From contig CAKQKN010000106.1 of assembly GCA_934249215.1 (NCBI GenBank), forward strand, positions 1,662-65,661: DNA of 64,000 nt, written 5' to 3'. Position 1 is the first letter of the stretch; the number at the start of each line of letters is the position of its first letter. The stretch comes from an uncultured Clostridia bacterium. Its GTDB lineage: Bacteria; Bacillota; Clostridia; Christensenellales; Borkfalkiaceae. This document shows, in pieces, positions 17,427 through 28,752 of this stretch. The translations under genes and the position numbers were made by a program. The notes under the pieces were generated by a model that saw nothing but the letters and a program-made list of their open reading frames with translations, was not told the origin of the DNA and made no database searches.

Positions 17427-18491
17427 ATGAAAATATCCGAAATTGACAAAAATTTTGCGACAAAAAAAGTGTCGGACGGCGAATTCGACGTTTATTCTCT
17501 CCCGTGCGAGCCTTTCGGGCTTTACGGTTGTTACCACGATCCCGAATACGGTTTCATAAAAATCCCGAAAGCGGTTGCCGAATCCATAAGCTTGAGCGTC
17601 GCATGGGGCGCTCGTTGTACGGGCGGGGTAAGAATTACGTTCTCGACGAATTCGACGAAAATCGGTCTGAAAGGTCGCTATTTCGAAAAACTTCTGCTCG
17701 GGCATATGACTTTTATCGGAAGTTCGGGCTTCACTCTCTGCGAAACGTTAAACGGAAAAGAAGAGTTTCTCTGCAATCTCTTCAGCGATATCGTCGACAA
17801 AGAACAGGAATTTCATTTTAAAGCGGCACTTAAAAACGACGGAAAAATGCACGATTACGTCATATTTTTCCCGTTATACAGCGGCGTGGAGCAAATATCC
17901 GTCGAACTCGACCGCGATTCTTCGGTCGCAAAATCGGATAAATATCGCGGCAAAAAGCGCGTTATGTATTACGGTTCGTCGATAACGCAAGGGGCGTGCG
18001 CGGCTCGCCCGGACAACTGTTATCAGGCGCTTGTGTCCGAATGGACGGACACCGACTATTGCTTTTTCGGCTTCTCGGGCGCGGCAAAAGCCGAACCGCT
18101 GATGAACGAAATTCTGCGCGACACGCCGTGCGACGTTTTCGTTTGCGACTACGATTACAACGCGCCGACCGCCGAATATCTGAAAGAAACTCATATCGAG
18201 TTATACAAAACGTTCAGAAGCAAAAAGGAAAACGAGTCGATCCCGATAATCTTTCTATCAAAGCCGAATTCGCTCTCCGAACCCGAGGACAAGGAGAGAT
18301 TCGAGATAATCAAACAGACTTACGAATACGCGGTTGCCCGCGGCGATAAGAACGTTCGGCTTATATGCGGAATGGACTTATTCCCCGCCGACGTAAAAAC
18401 TCATTGTTGCGTGGACGGTTGTCATCCCACCGATCTCGGCTTCTATTTTATGGCTAAAAAAGTTGCCGAAGTCTTAAAGGAATTTATCTGA
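17427..18491 (+). CDS. SGNH/GDSL-type hydrolase family protein
   Basis: 354 aa. Block I YYGSSITQG and block V DGCHPTDLG lie in the C-terminal half. The N-terminal ~170 aa is a beta-rich domain. Confidence 0.7.
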   Translation: MKISEIDKNFATKKVSDGEFDVYSLPCEPFGLYGCYHDPEYGFIKIPKAVAESISLSVAWGARCTGGVRITFSTNSTKIGLKGRYFEKLLLGHMTFIGSSGFTLCETLNGKEEFLCNLFSDIVDKEQEFHFKAALKNDGKMHDYVIFFPLYSGVEQISVELDRDSSVAKSDKYRGKKRVMYYGSSITQGACAARPDNCYQALVSEWTDTDYCFFGFSGAAKAEPLMNEILRDTPCDVFVCDYDYNAPTAEYLKETHIELYKTFRSKKENESIPIIFLSKPNSLSEPEDKERFEIIKQTYEYAVARGDKNVRLICGMDLFPADVKTHCCVDGCHPTDLGFYFMAKKVAEVLKEFI

Positions 18492-18493
18492 AT

Positions 18494-18520
18494 GTCCGCC
18501 TGTAAGTCGATTAAACGGAC
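18494..18520 (+). repeat. dispersed REP-like element (copy D, degenerate CTGTAAGTCGATTAA)
   Basis: GTCCG-cctgtaagtcgattaaa-CGGAC places the core in the loop of a 5-bp hairpin, 3 nt after the stop at 18491. Confidence 0.6.
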
Positions 18521-18600
18521 GTTCACGGCTATTATCCGCACGGGATCATCATCCTCGTACGTAAAAACGATCCGATATCATACGTAAAAACAAGGAAGAA

Positions 18601-20562
18601 ATGCAAGACGGAGAATTTAAACTTCATTCAAAATTTAAGCCGACCGGCGATCAGCCGCAGGCGATCGAAAAACTTGTCGACGGATTCAGAAGCGGTCTGC
18701 GGGAGCAGGTGCTTCTCGGCGTAACGGGCAGCGGAAAAACGTTCACGATGGCAAACGTGATCGAAAAGCTTCAGCGCCCCGCGCTCGTCATCGCGCATAA
18801 CAAAACTCTTGCGGCGCAGCTGTGTAACGAGCTGCGCGAGTTTTTTCCCGAGAACCGCGTCGAATATTTTGTAAGTTACTACGATTATTATCAGCCCGAA
18901 TCGTACATTCCGCAGACGGATACTTATATAGAAAAGGACTTGTCGATAAACGACGAGATCGATAAACTTCGCCACAGCGCGACTTTTGCGTTGTCCGAGC
19001 GTCGCGACGTAATCGTCGTAGCGTCCGTTTCGTGCATATATGGTTTAGGCGCGCCGGAAGAATATTATAATCTGGCGATTTCGTTGCGCCCGGGAATGAA
19101 ATACGACCGCGACGCGCTGATGAGAAAGCTCGTTTCGATACAATACGAAAGAAAAGACATAGATTTTCAGCGTTCGTCTTTTCGCGTTCACGGCGATATC
19201 GTCGAGGTTTTTCCCGCGTCCAACTCGGAAATAGTGCTTCGGATAGAGTTTTTCGGCGACGAAATCGACCGCATTTGCGAAACCGATTTTCTCACGGGGC
19301 GCGTTATTTCCGAACTCACTCACGCCGTCATTTTCCCCGCGAGCCACTACGCCGTCGGGAGCGGAAAAATGAATTCCGCGCTTTCGCAGATAGAGAAAGA
19401 CATGACACAAGAAGTCGGCGATTTCGAGCGGGAAAACAAACTTATCGAAGCCCAGCGGCTCAAACAACGCGTTTCTTACGATCTCGAAATGATGAACGAA
19501 ATCGGTTATTGCAGCGGCGTTGAAAACTACAGCCGCTATTTCGACGGAAGAAAACCGGGCGAACCGCCTTTCACGCTTCTCGACTATTTCCCCGAAGATT
19601 TCATATTGTTCATCGACGAAAGTCACATGACGATTCCGCAGATACGCGCCATGTATAACGGCGACCGCGCGCGCAAACAAAATCTCGTCGATTTCGGTTT
19701 TCGGCTGAAATCGGCATACGATAACCGCCCGCTCAAATTCGAGGAATTCGACGCAAGAATCGGGCAACTCGTCTGCATTTCCGCAACGCCCGCAGAGTAC
19801 GAACTCGAGCATGCGGGGCAGGTCGTCGAGCAGATCATAAGACCTACGGGGCTCATCGATCCGCCCGTCGAGGTTCGCCCGACTGTAAATCAGATCGACG
19901 ATCTTCTCGGCGAGATAAACAAAGTCATCGCGTCGTCCGGTCGGATTCTCGTGACCACGCTGACCAAAAAAATGGCGGAGCGGCTGACCGACTATCTGAA
20001 AGAGCGCAAACTCAAAGTGCGCTACATGCACTCCGACGTAGACACGCTCGAGCGAATCGAGATAATAAACGAACTTCGTCGCGGCGACATCGACGTACTC
20101 GTCGGCATAAACCTTCTGCGCGAAGGGCTCGACATTCCCGAGGTAAAACTCGTCGCCATTCTCGACGCTGACAAGGAAGGTTTTCTGCGTTCGGAAACTT
20201 CTCTCGTACAGACGATCGGAAGAACGGCGCGAAACAGCGAAGGTCGCGTTATCATGTACGCCGACGCGATCACCGGTAGCATGGACAGGGCGATGAAGGA
20301 AACCGAACGCCGCCGCAAAATTCAGCGCGAATACAACGAAAAGCACGGTATAGTACCGAAAACGATAGTTAAGCCCATCGTAAACAGCCTCGAAATAACC
20401 AAGAAAGTCGACCGCACGAAGGACGTTTCGAAAAATGACATCCCCGACGAAATCGAAAAACTGAAAGCGCTTATGAAACTCGCGCAGAACAATCTCGACT
20501 TCGAAAAATGCATTGAAATCCGCGACACGATCGCCAAACTCAAGCTCAAAATGCGCGGCTGA
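18601..20562 (+). CDS. uvrB: excinuclease ABC subunit B
   Basis: 653 aa. [12 protein letters not shown] Walker A, helicase motifs, and a C-terminal UVR domain ([26 protein letters not shown]). Confidence 0.95.
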   Translation: MQDGEFKLHSKFKPTGDQPQAIEKLVDGFRSGLREQVLLGVTGSGKTFTMANVIEKLQRPALVIAHNKTLAAQLCNELREFFPENRVEYFVSYYDYYQPESYIPQTDTYIEKDLSINDEIDKLRHSATFALSERRDVIVVASVSCIYGLGAPEEYYNLAISLRPGMKYDRDALMRKLVSIQYERKDIDFQRSSFRVHGDIVEVFPASNSEIVLRIEFFGDEIDRICETDFLTGRVISELTHAVIFPASHYAVGSGKMNSALSQIEKDMTQEVGDFERENKLIEAQRLKQRVSYDLEMMNEIGYCSGVENYSRYFDGRKPGEPPFTLLDYFPEDFILFIDESHMTIPQIRAMYNGDRARKQNLVDFGFRLKSAYDNRPLKFEEFDARIGQLVCISATPAEYELEHAGQVVEQIIRPTGLIDPPVEVRPTVNQIDDLLGEINKVIASSGRILVTTLTKKMAERLTDYLKERKLKVRYMHSDVDTLERIEIINELRRGDIDVLVGINLLREGLDIPEVKLVAILDADKEGFLRSETSLVQTIGRTARNSEGRVIMYADAITGSMDRAMKETERRRKIQREYNEKHGIVPKTIVKPIVNSLEITKKVDRTKDVSKNDIPDEIEKLKALMKLAQNNLDFEKCIEIRDTIAKLKLKMRG

Positions 20563-20614
20563 TTTTATGCACGGCTTGTTTTCGGTTTTTTCGCGTCAAA
20601 ACGATTAAAAAAAC

Positions 20615-20650
20615 AAAAAGTCGGGCTATAAGTCGATTATTCGCATTTTT
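20615..20650 (+). repeat. dispersed REP-like element (copy E)
   Basis: aaaaaGTCGGGCTATAAGTCGATTATTCGCATTTTT, 53 nt after the uvrB stop. Confidence 0.85.
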
Positions 20651-20724
20651 CGGGTAAAAACCGACAGAGCAGGGAGCGTTTAAACATCAAAGACGTTTAA
20701 ACTTCAAAAGATATAAAGAACCAT

Positions 20725-23565
20725 ATGCAGGACTACATTAAGATTATCGGAGCAAAAGAAAACAACTTAAAAAATATCGACGTCGAAATCCCTCGCGACA
20801 AGCTCGTCGTATTCACGGGCGTATCCGGAAGCGGAAAGTCTACGCTTGCCTTCGATACGATTTTTGCCGAAGGTCAGCGCAGATACGTGGAAAGTCTGTC
20901 GAGCTACGCGCGAATGTTTTTGGGACAAATGCAAAAGCCGGACGTCGAAAAAATCGAAGGGCTTTCGCCCGCCATTTCCATCGATCAGAAAACGACGAAC
21001 AACAACCCGCGTTCGACCGTTGGAACCGTCACCGAAATTTACGACTATTTCAGATTATTATACGCGCGCACGGGCGTACCCCATTGTCCGCAGTGCGGGC
21101 GGGAAATCCGCCGCCAGACGGTAGACGAGATAACCGACAAAATAATGGCGCTCGGCGAAGGCAGCCGAATCTATATCAACGCACCCGTCGTCCGCGGCAG
21201 AAAGGGCGAATTTAAAAAAGAACTCGAAAGTTACAGAAAGAGTGGCTACGTCCGCGTTGAAATCGACGGCTCGACTTACGAACTCGGCGAAGATATCAAA
21301 CTCGACAAGAACGTAAAACACACCGTCAGCGTCGTCGTCGACCGCCTTATCGTAAAGGACGGAATCCAAAAGCGCCTTTCGGACAGCCTTGAAACGGCGA
21401 TCAAACTCACGGGCGGGCTCGTTTCGTGCAAATGCGGCGAAACCGAAACGCTTTTTTCCACGAAATACGCTTGTCCCGAATGCGGAATCAGCATAGAAGA
21501 ACTCGAGCCGCGCTTGTTTTCGTTCAACAATCCTTACGGCGCGTGCGAGGAATGCCGCGGCATAGGTTTCAGAAACGAAATCTCGGAAGCGCTCGTTCTC
21601 GGCGACACGTCGAAAAGTCTTAATCAGGGTGCGCTCTGCATTTCCGGCTGGAATCTCGACAGCAGCAAATTCACACAGATGTATTTCCGCGCGCTGTCCA
21701 AAAAATACAAATTCAGCATGGATACACCCGTCAAAGACCTGCCGCGCGAAATCGTCGACATACTTCTTTACGGGAACGGCGGCGAAAAACTCGAACTCGA
21801 ATACTCGTCGCGCACATTTCAGGGCAGTTACCGGTCGTCGTTCGAGGGGGTAATTCCAAATCTCGAAAGGCGTTACCGCGAAACCACGAGCGACTATACA
21901 AAATCCGAAATTCAGAAGTATATGGTTCAGAAACCATGCTCGTCATGCGGCGGAAAGCGACTCAAAAAAGAAGCGCTCGCAGTCACGGTCGGGGGAAAGA
22001 ACATATACGAAATAAGCGAAATGTCGATCGAAAAACTTCGCGCTTTCGTCGACAAGCTCACGCTCGCCCCGACGCAAAAACTCATCGCCGAGCCGATACT
22101 CAAAGAAATTTCCGCGCGCCTTGATTTTCTGCGCAACGTCGGGCTCGAATATCTCACGCTGTCGCGAATGGCTTCGACTCTTTCGGGCGGCGAAGCGCAG
22201 CGCATAAGGCTCGCGACACAGATCGGAAGCGGGCTTCGCGGAGTGCTTTACATTCTCGACGAGCCGAGCATAGGTCTGCATCAGCGCGACAACGAAAAAC
22301 TTCTTTCGACACTCAAAAATCTGCGCGATCTCGGAAACAGCGTCATCGTCGTCGAGCATGACGAAGAAACGATACGAAGCGCCGATTTTATTCTCGATAT
22401 CGGTCCGAAAGCGGGCGTACACGGCGGTGAAGTCGTCGCGTGCGGCACGGTTGACGACATTATGGCGGAGCCGCGTTCGATCACCGGCGATTACCTTTCG
22501 GGTCGCAAAAAAATCGAAGTTCCCGTCGTTCGTACCCCCGTGAGCGGCAAATGGCTCACCGTCTACGGCGCGAAACAGAACAATCTCAAAAACGTGGACG
22601 TATCTTTCCCGGTCGGACTGATAACCGCCGTAACCGGCGTGTCGGGGAGCGGAAAAAGTTCGCTCGTAAACGGAATATTATATCCCGCGCTCGCGAACAG
22701 ACTGAACGGTGCGAAAGAAGTCGAGGGCAACTACCGCGAAATCGACGGGGTGAGCAATTTCGACAAAGTCATCGCGATCGACCAGTCGCCTATCGGCAGA
22801 ACGCCGAGAAGCAACCCCGCGACCTATACGGGCGCGTTCACTCCGATAAGAGAGTTGTTCGCTTCGACCAACGACGCGAAAGAACGCGGATTCACTTCGG
22901 GCAGATTTTCCTTCAACGTGTCGGGCGGCAGATGCGAAAACTGTCAGGGCGACGGCATAATCAAGATCGAAATGCACTTCCTTCCCGACGTATACGTTCC
23001 GTGCGAAGTGTGCAAAGGCACGAGGTACAACCGCGAAACGCTCGCCGTGAAATATAAAGGAAAGAGCATAAACGACGTTCTCGAAATGACTGTTGACGAA
23101 GCCGTCGTGTTTTTTGAGAATATCCCGAGAATATATTCCAAAGTAAAGAGTTTACAGGACGTCGGGCTCGGCTACATTAAGCTCGGTCAGCCTGCAACGA
23201 CGCTTTCGGGCGGCGAAGCGCAGCGCGTAAAACTCGCAACCGAACTTTCCAAGCGCTCGACGGGAAAAACCATATACATTCTCGACGAACCCACGACCGG
23301 CTTGTCCACATACGACGTCGATAGACTCATCTCGATTTTCGATCGTCTGCGCAGCGGCGGCAACACGATCATCGTCATCGAACACAATCTCGACGTGATA
23401 AAAGTCGCCGACTACATCGTCGATCTCGGTCCGGAGGGCGGCGACGGCGGCGGAACGATCGTCGCGAAAGGCACGCCCGAAGCGGTTGCCGAAGTCGAAA
23501 AAAGTTACACCGGGAACTTCTTAAAGCGCATTTTTGCTGGAGAAATTATCGGCGGAAAAAAGTAA
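20725..23565 (+). CDS. uvrA: excinuclease ABC subunit A
   Basis: 946 aa. Two ABC modules (GVSGSGKST / [17 protein letters not shown] twice) and zinc-finger Cys clusters. Confidence 0.95.
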   Translation: MQDYIKIIGAKENNLKNIDVEIPRDKLVVFTGVSGSGKSTLAFDTIFAEGQRRYVESLSSYARMFLGQMQKPDVEKIEGLSPAISIDQKTTNNNPRSTVGTVTEIYDYFRLLYARTGVPHCPQCGREIRRQTVDEITDKIMALGEGSRIYINAPVVRGRKGEFKKELESYRKSGYVRVEIDGSTYELGEDIKLDKNVKHTVSVVVDRLIVKDGIQKRLSDSLETAIKLTGGLVSCKCGETETLFSTKYACPECGISIEELEPRLFSFNNPYGACEECRGIGFRNEISEALVLGDTSKSLNQGALCISGWNLDSSKFTQMYFRALSKKYKFSMDTPVKDLPREIVDILLYGNGGEKLELEYSSRTFQGSYRSSFEGVIPNLERRYRETTSDYTKSEIQKYMVQKPCSSCGGKRLKKEALAVTVGGKNIYEISEMSIEKLRAFVDKLTLAPTQKLIAEPILKEISARLDFLRNVGLEYLTLSRMASTLSGGEAQRIRLATQIGSGLRGVLYILDEPSIGLHQRDNEKLLSTLKNLRDLGNSVIVVEHDEETIRSADFILDIGPKAGVHGGEVVACGTVDDIMAEPRSITGDYLSGRKKIEVPVVRTPVSGKWLTVYGAKQNNLKNVDVSFPVGLITAVTGVSGSGKSSLVNGILYPALANRLNGAKEVEGNYREIDGVSNFDKVIAIDQSPIGRTPRSNPATYTGAFTPIRELFASTNDAKERGFTSGRFSFNVSGGRCENCQGDGIIKIEMHFLPDVYVPCEVCKGTRYNRETLAVKYKGKSINDVLEMTVDEAVVFFENIPRIYSKVKSLQDVGLGYIKLGQPATTLSGGEAQRVKLATELSKRSTGKTIYILDEPTTGLSTYDVDRLISIFDRLRSGGNTIIVIEHNLDVIKVADYIVDLGPEGGDGGGTIVAKGTPEAVAEVEKSYTGNFLKRIFAGEIIGGKK

Positions 23566-23654
23566 TCGAACGAGCAAAAAACGGTAAATCGGCAAGCAAA
23601 AAACGCAAAAACGCAGGATAAAACGAGCGATCGATTCGCTCCGAAGAGGAAAAA

Positions 23655-24047
23655 ATGATCAGAGATGAATTTAAGAACGTCGATAAAAAAACGCTCGACA
23701 AAAAAGAAAAGGCAGCAAAAAGCAACGTCAACGAAAGAGAATACTACGCAAAAAAAATGTCGCAGATAAACGATCTGTTCACGCCGGTCAAGTTCACGAC
23801 GATATTCTGTCTTGTGTGTTTTCTCATTCTTGCCGCGCTCTACGTGGTGGGCATGATTTTAGACAAAGATTTCAAGGTGCAGTGGCACTGCGTTCTCGTT
23901 CTGACGCTCGCTTCGGCGCTTACTGTATGGACGATCGTGTGGTTTGCGTTTCTCGTCCCGCACCTTAAAAGAAAAGCCGCGTTTTACAAAAGCGAACTCG
24001 AACGGCTCAGCCGCGAATACGTGCTTAAGCGCACCGGCAGGTCTTAA
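23655..24047 (+). CDS. hypothetical membrane protein
   Basis: 130 aa with two predicted TM helices. Confidence 0.5.
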   Translation: MIRDEFKNVDKKTLDKKEKAAKSNVNEREYYAKKMSQINDLFTPVKFTTIFCLVCFLILAALYVVGMILDKDFKVQWHCVLVLTLASALTVWTIVWFAFLVPHLKRKAAFYKSELERLSREYVLKRTGRS

Positions 24048-24079
24048 TCGTCGGTTGTCGTATTTGCCCGCGATGCCGC

Positions 24080-24115
24080 AAAAGTGCCGATAACGGGCTT
24101 ATAGGCCCGCTTTTT
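24080..24115 (-). repeat. dispersed REP-like element (copy F, degenerate)
   Basis: The + strand reads aaaaGTGCCGATAACGGGCTTATAGGCCCGCTTTTT. The core is changed so that CGGGC/GCCCG can pair. It lies 33 nt after the stop at 24047. Confidence 0.55.
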
Positions 24116-24191
24116 ATGCGCATGCCACGCGTCTTGGTTCGCGTTTTCACAAAAAAATAAATAGTCGGAACGAATTTCCGACGGAGAAAAA

Positions 24192-25262
24192 ATGATCGAA
24201 AAACTTGAAGCAATCTACAAAAAATACCTCGAGCTGACCGAAAAAATTTCCGATCCCGAAGTTATATCGCGAATGGACGAATGGCAAAAAATTGCCAAAG
24301 AACGCGCCGATATGGAAGAAACGGTGGAAAAATATCTCGAATATAAAAAGGCAGAGAGCGATAAATCGTCCGCAGAAAACGAACTGCAAACGGAAACCGA
24401 TCCCGAAATGCGCGCCCTTTACGAAGAGGAAATCCGCGAGTGCAAAATTAAGCTCGAAACCGCGACGGAAGAACTTAAAATTCTTCTTTTGCCCAAAGAC
24501 CCCGACGACGACAAGAACGTAATTCTGGAAATCCGCGGCGGAGCGGGCGGAGAAGAAGCCGCGCTTTTTGCCTCCGAACTTTATCGTATGTACGTGCGAT
24601 ACGCCGAAAATCATCGTTTCAAAACGGAAGAAATCGACGTGAACGAAACCGAACTCGGCGGCGTCAAGGAAGTCACGTTCATGATAAACGGCAAGGGCGC
24701 ATACAGCCGCCTCAAATACGAAAGCGGCGTTCACAGAGTTCAGCGCGTCCCCGAAACCGAATCGCAGGGCAGAGTTCACACTTCGACCGCAACAGTCGCG
24801 GTGCTTCCCGAAGCGCACGACGTGGAGATCAACATAGACGAAAAAGATCTCGTCATCGAAACGTGCCGTTCGTCGGGCGCCGGCGGTCAGCACATAAACA
24901 AGACCGAATCGTGCATCCGAATGGTGCATTTGCCCACGGGCATCGTCGTAAACTGTCAGGACGAGCGTTCGCAGATAAAAAACCGCGAAAAGGCGATGAA
25001 AGTCATGAAATCGCGGCTTTACGATTATTACAACACGAAATACAGAAACGAATACGCCGAAAACAGAAAGAGTCAGATCGGAACGGGTGATCGCTCGGAA
25101 CGCATTCGGACTTACAATTTCCCGCAAGGTCGTGTGACCGATCACAGAATCGGGCTCACTCTTTACAATCTGGAAGATTTCCTCGCGGGCGATATCGACG
25201 AAATGCTCGACGCTCTCGCCATCGCCGACAGAGAAAAGAAACTTTCGGGCGAAAACGACTAA
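24192..25262 (+). CDS. prfA: peptide chain release factor 1
   Basis: 356 aa. GGQHINKT motif and the RF1-type PET tripeptide ([10 protein letters not shown]). Confidence 0.95.
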   Translation: MIEKLEAIYKKYLELTEKISDPEVISRMDEWQKIAKERADMEETVEKYLEYKKAESDKSSAENELQTETDPEMRALYEEEIRECKIKLETATEELKILLLPKDPDDDKNVILEIRGGAGGEEAALFASELYRMYVRYAENHRFKTEEIDVNETELGGVKEVTFMINGKGAYSRLKYESGVHRVQRVPETESQGRVHTSTATVAVLPEAHDVEINIDEKDLVIETCRSSGAGGQHINKTESCIRMVHLPTGIVVNCQDERSQIKNREKAMKVMKSRLYDYYNTKYRNEYAENRKSQIGTGDRSERIRTYNFPQGRVTDHRIGLTLYNLEDFLAGDIDEMLDALAIADREKKLSGEND

Positions 25263-25429
25263 ACGCGTAAAACGATCAACCGAAAAACGACAGACCTTTT
25301 GCGTCTGATCCCGAAAACGACTAACCGCAAAAAGCGACTGAAAAGCCGCGTTTCCGTTAGTCGCCGACGTCGATAAAAGCAGGCAAAAGCCCATAATGTG
25401 AAAAAATAGTCAAAAGTCGTTAAAATGAC

Positions 25430-25458
25430 TTGAAAAAATCGGCGAAATAAGGTATTAT
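25430..25458 (+). promoter_or_regulatory. sigma-70-like promoter
   Basis: TTGAAA, a 17-nt spacer, TATTAT. Confidence 0.5.
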
Positions 25459-25505
25459 ATAGACACAAAAAGATTACAGACCGCAAACACGGAGGACTGA
25501 TTATC

Positions 25506-25916
25506 ATGATCAAATTGATTTACGGCGAAAAAGGAAGCGGCAAGACCAAAATCATACTCGACTCGTTGAACGACACGGCAAAGACCGCGCTCGGCAACGT
25601 CGTATTCATTTCGCAGAAGAAATCATATTCGGCTAACATAGATTTTAACGTTCGTTGCATCTATACCGAAGACTACGCAATAAATGGCGTTGACGGCTTC
25701 ATCGGTTTCGTCGACGGACTTATGGCGGGCAACACCGACATCGAATACATTTATATCGACGGCTTGCTTCGCATCGCAGAAAGCGGACTTAACGACGTCG
25801 AGGCGTTCTTCGCCGAAGCTAAAAAGCTTTCCGCGGAATACGGCGTCAAGTTCGTACTTACGCTTTCGGGGACGAAAGAAGAAAAACCCGAATTTTTGTC
25901 CAAATATTGCGATTAA
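25506..25916 (+). CDS. small P-loop NTPase-like protein
   Basis: 136 aa with a GGAGG RBS. Walker A GEKGSGKT at residues 7-14 and a possible Walker B, YIYIDG. Confidence 0.55.
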   Translation: MIKLIYGEKGSGKTKIILDSLNDTAKTALGNVVFISQKKSYSANIDFNVRCIYTEDYAINGVDGFIGFVDGLMAGNTDIEYIYIDGLLRIAESGLNDVEAFFAEAKKLSAEYGVKFVLTLSGTKEEKPEFLSKYCD

Positions 25917-26171
25917 AAAGCGCGCGACCGACGTCGCGACGGGAAACTATGCGATTTTCGGCGGGAAAAGTTTTTTCCTGCCGTTAATTATATAATCGGC
26001 TTGTAAAATCGACGCATAATCGATCGGAATCGCTCGCTGCCGACGGCGCGGGCGCATTCCGCGAATGACAAAACCGGTTATCGAAAGCGAATTAAACGCA
26101 AATACGAACGCGAACGAAATGCAAACTGAAACTCGGACTTAAAAGCGGACGCTCGCGGAAGAGGTAGGGAT

Positions 26172-27176
26172 ATGGAAGAAAAAAAGAAATTATTCAGTGC
26201 GGTACAGCCTTCGGGAATACCGACGATCGGCAACTATATCGGCGCGATCAGGAATTTTTCCGCGCTTCAGGACAAATTTGAGTGTATTTACGCGGTCGCG
26301 GATCTGCACACGCTCACCGTCAGACAGGATCCCGCCGAGCTTCGCGCGCGGACGCTCAATCTGCTCGCTCTCTATCTTGCGAGCGGAATCGATCCCGAAA
26401 AATCGATCTTGTTCGTTCAGTCGCACGTTCACGAACACGCCGAACTCACCTGGATACTCAACACGATAACCTATCCCGGCGAACTTTCGCGTATGACGCA
26501 GTTCAAGGACAAATCTCGCAGTCACGCCGACAACGTGAACATGGGGCTTATGGATTATCCCGTGCTTATGGCTGCGGACATTCTGCTTTACAACGCCGCG
26601 CTCGTTCCCGTCGGAAAGGACCAGAAACAGCACCTCGAGATCGCCCGCGACCTTGCCGAGCGTTTCAACAACAGATACAGCCCGACGTTCGTTATGCCCG
26701 AGGGTTACATTCCCGAAACGGGCGCGAATATCATGAGTTTGCAGGATCCTCTTCACAAAATGTCGAAAAGCGACGCCAACGTAAACGCGTTCGTTTCGCT
26801 GTCCGACGACGAAGAAACGATCATGCGTAAATTCCGCCGCGCCGTAACCGATTGCGACGGCTCGATAAAGTGCGATAAAGACAGACCGGGCATAACTAAT
26901 CTCATAAACATTTACTCGGTATTCAGCGGATTGACCGTCGCCGAAACGGAGAAAAAATTCGACGGAGCGGGTTACGGCGATTTCAAGACCGAGGTCGGAA
27001 AAGTCGTCGCGGCTACCGTCGTTCCTCTCGACGAAAAACGCCGCGAATTTCTCGCAAACAAATCTTATCTCGAGGACGTAATGATGACCGGGCGCGAACG
27101 CGCTTCCCGCATCGCGGCGAAAACTCTCGACAAAGTATACAGAAAGGTGGGGCTTTATCGTCCAGGTAAGAAATAA
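26172..27176 (+). CDS. trpS: tryptophan--tRNA ligase
   Basis: 334 aa. The class I signature TIGNYIGA (HIGH region) and KMSKS are present. Confidence 0.93.
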   Translation: MEEKKKLFSAVQPSGIPTIGNYIGAIRNFSALQDKFECIYAVADLHTLTVRQDPAELRARTLNLLALYLASGIDPEKSILFVQSHVHEHAELTWILNTITYPGELSRMTQFKDKSRSHADNVNMGLMDYPVLMAADILLYNAALVPVGKDQKQHLEIARDLAERFNNRYSPTFVMPEGYIPETGANIMSLQDPLHKMSKSDANVNAFVSLSDDEETIMRKFRRAVTDCDGSIKCDKDRPGITNLINIYSVFSGLTVAETEKKFDGAGYGDFKTEVGKVVAATVVPLDEKRREFLANKSYLEDVMMTGRERASRIAAKTLDKVYRKVGLYRPGKK

Positions 27177-28048
27177 TGTTCGGCTACGTAAAACCCTATG
27201 TCCCGTATCTGTACGTCAAAGACGAAACGCTTTTCAACTCGCTTTACTGTCAGGTTTGCAAAAGCATAGGCGGCAAGTGCGGGCAGTGCGCGCGTTTTTC
27301 GCTGACGTACGACATTGCGTTTATGTCCGCGATCGTGCATAACGTAACGGGCGTCGACGTAAAAATCAAACGCGAGCGCTGCGTGGCTCATCCTTTTTTC
27401 GGTCGGCCGATAGCCGCGCGCGACGAAATCTCGGACGCGCTCGGCGCACTGAACGTAATTTTGGCGTATTACAAACTGACCGACGATGTCGCCGACGAGG
27501 GAAAACACCGCGTTGCCCGCGCATTTTTGAAAGGCGGGTTCAGACGCGCCGCGAAACGGCACCCGAGATTCACGGAAATCGTTTCGTCGAATTACAAAAA
27601 ACTTCGCGAAATCGAGCGTGCGGGGGATAAGAGTATCGATGAAACCGCCGATCCCTTCGCCGTAATGCTCGCGCAGCTTTCCGCCGAACTTCTCGGCAAG
27701 TTTTCCGACGAGTTTTCTTACAAATTCTTTTATAATCTCGGCAAGTGGATATATCTCATCGACGCGCTCGACGACTACGACAAGGACGTAACGAAAGGCA
27801 GGTACAACCCCTTCGCTTCGGTTTATAAAAGCAAGGATTTCGACGCTTTGAGAAAAGACAACGGCGAGGAAATTTCTTTCATTCTTTCCGCCACGCTTGC
27901 GGCGATCGCCGAGGGGCTTTCCGGCTTGAAATTCCGGTTTAACGCCGACCTTGTCAAAAACGTTGCCCTTCGCGGCACGACCGAGCGGACGAAAAAGATT
28001 CTGTCGGGCGACAAATCAAAGGAAGAAAAAATAAACCGTCGGAGATAA
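27176..28048 (+). CDS. hypothetical protein (resembles the family I recall as DUF5685)
   Basis: 290 aa with a TAATG overlap onto trpS. N-terminus MFGYVKPY...YCQVCKSIGGKCG. Confidence 0.6.
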   Translation: MFGYVKPYVPYLYVKDETLFNSLYCQVCKSIGGKCGQCARFSLTYDIAFMSAIVHNVTGVDVKIKRERCVAHPFFGRPIAARDEISDALGALNVILAYYKLTDDVADEGKHRVARAFLKGGFRRAAKRHPRFTEIVSSNYKKLREIERAGDKSIDETADPFAVMLAQLSAELLGKFSDEFSYKFFYNLGKWIYLIDALDDYDKDVTKGRYNPFASVYKSKDFDALRKDNGEEISFILSATLAAIAEGLSGLKFRFNADLVKNVALRGTTERTKKILSGDKSKEEKINRRR

Positions 28049-28115
28049 CCGAGTAAAAACGGTATCCGTATTACGTTATATCGGGTATGCATTACATAAT
28101 ATAAGGAACAAAACA

Positions 28116-28751
28116 ATGAACGATATTCAGAAACTTTACGAAATAATAGGCTGCTCGCCCGAAGCGACGGACGACGAGCTTTATTCCGCATATCTTGCTC
28201 TTCGCAACAAATATCAGAACGACAGATTTCTGGAGGGCGAAGCGGGGAACGAAGCCGCCCGCAAACTCACCGAGCTTAACGAGGCGTATTCGGATCTCGT
28301 CGAATATCGCAAGAATGCCGCGGCAAGCGGCACTTCCGCGCCCGGGTTTTCCGAAGTCGACGCGCTCATAAAAGCGGGCAAGATCGACGAAGCGCAGGCT
28401 GCTCTCGACAAATTCGACGAAAGAAACGCTGAATGGCATTATCTTCAGTCGGTCGTTTTCTACAAAAAAAACTGGGCCAACGAAAGCAAAAAACAGCTCG
28501 AAATCGCGATCGCCATGGACGGCGCGAACGAAAAATACAAAACGGCGTACGACAAACTGTGCAAACAGCTGAATTTTAACGAAAACGCGAAAAAAGAAAA
28601 GGGCGATTACGACAAATCGGGAAGCGGAAGATTCGGCGAAGGCGGCTACGAAGAGCCGTCCGACATGATGGGCGGCGATTCATGCATGGAATTTTGTTGC
28701 CGTTCGATGATTTGCAGCGCGCTTCTCAATTGTTGCTGTTCCTGCAGATAA
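28116..28751 (+). CDS. J-like domain protein lacking HPD, with TPR-like middle and Cys-rich C-terminus
   Basis: 211 aa. LYEIIGCSPEATDDELYSAYLALRNKYQNDRF aligns to a DnaJ J-domain, but HPD is replaced by QND. The C-terminus is CMEFCCRSMICSALLNCCCSCR. Confidence 0.7.
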   Translation: MNDIQKLYEIIGCSPEATDDELYSAYLALRNKYQNDRFLEGEAGNEAARKLTELNEAYSDLVEYRKNAAASGTSAPGFSEVDALIKAGKIDEAQAALDKFDERNAEWHYLQSVVFYKKNWANESKKQLEIAIAMDGANEKYKTAYDKLCKQLNFNENAKKEKGDYDKSGSGRFGEGGYEEPSDMMGGDSCMEFCCRSMICSALLNCCCSCR

Positions 28752-28752
28752 A

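Noticed and set aside
18492-18600. LexA boxes upstream of uvrB and uvrA (20563-20724).
   Set aside because: No GAAC-N4-GTTC is found. There are only short direct repeats: TACGTAAAAAC twice before uvrB, and CGTTTAAAC.TCAAA twice before uvrA. These are of unknown relevance and too short to interpret.
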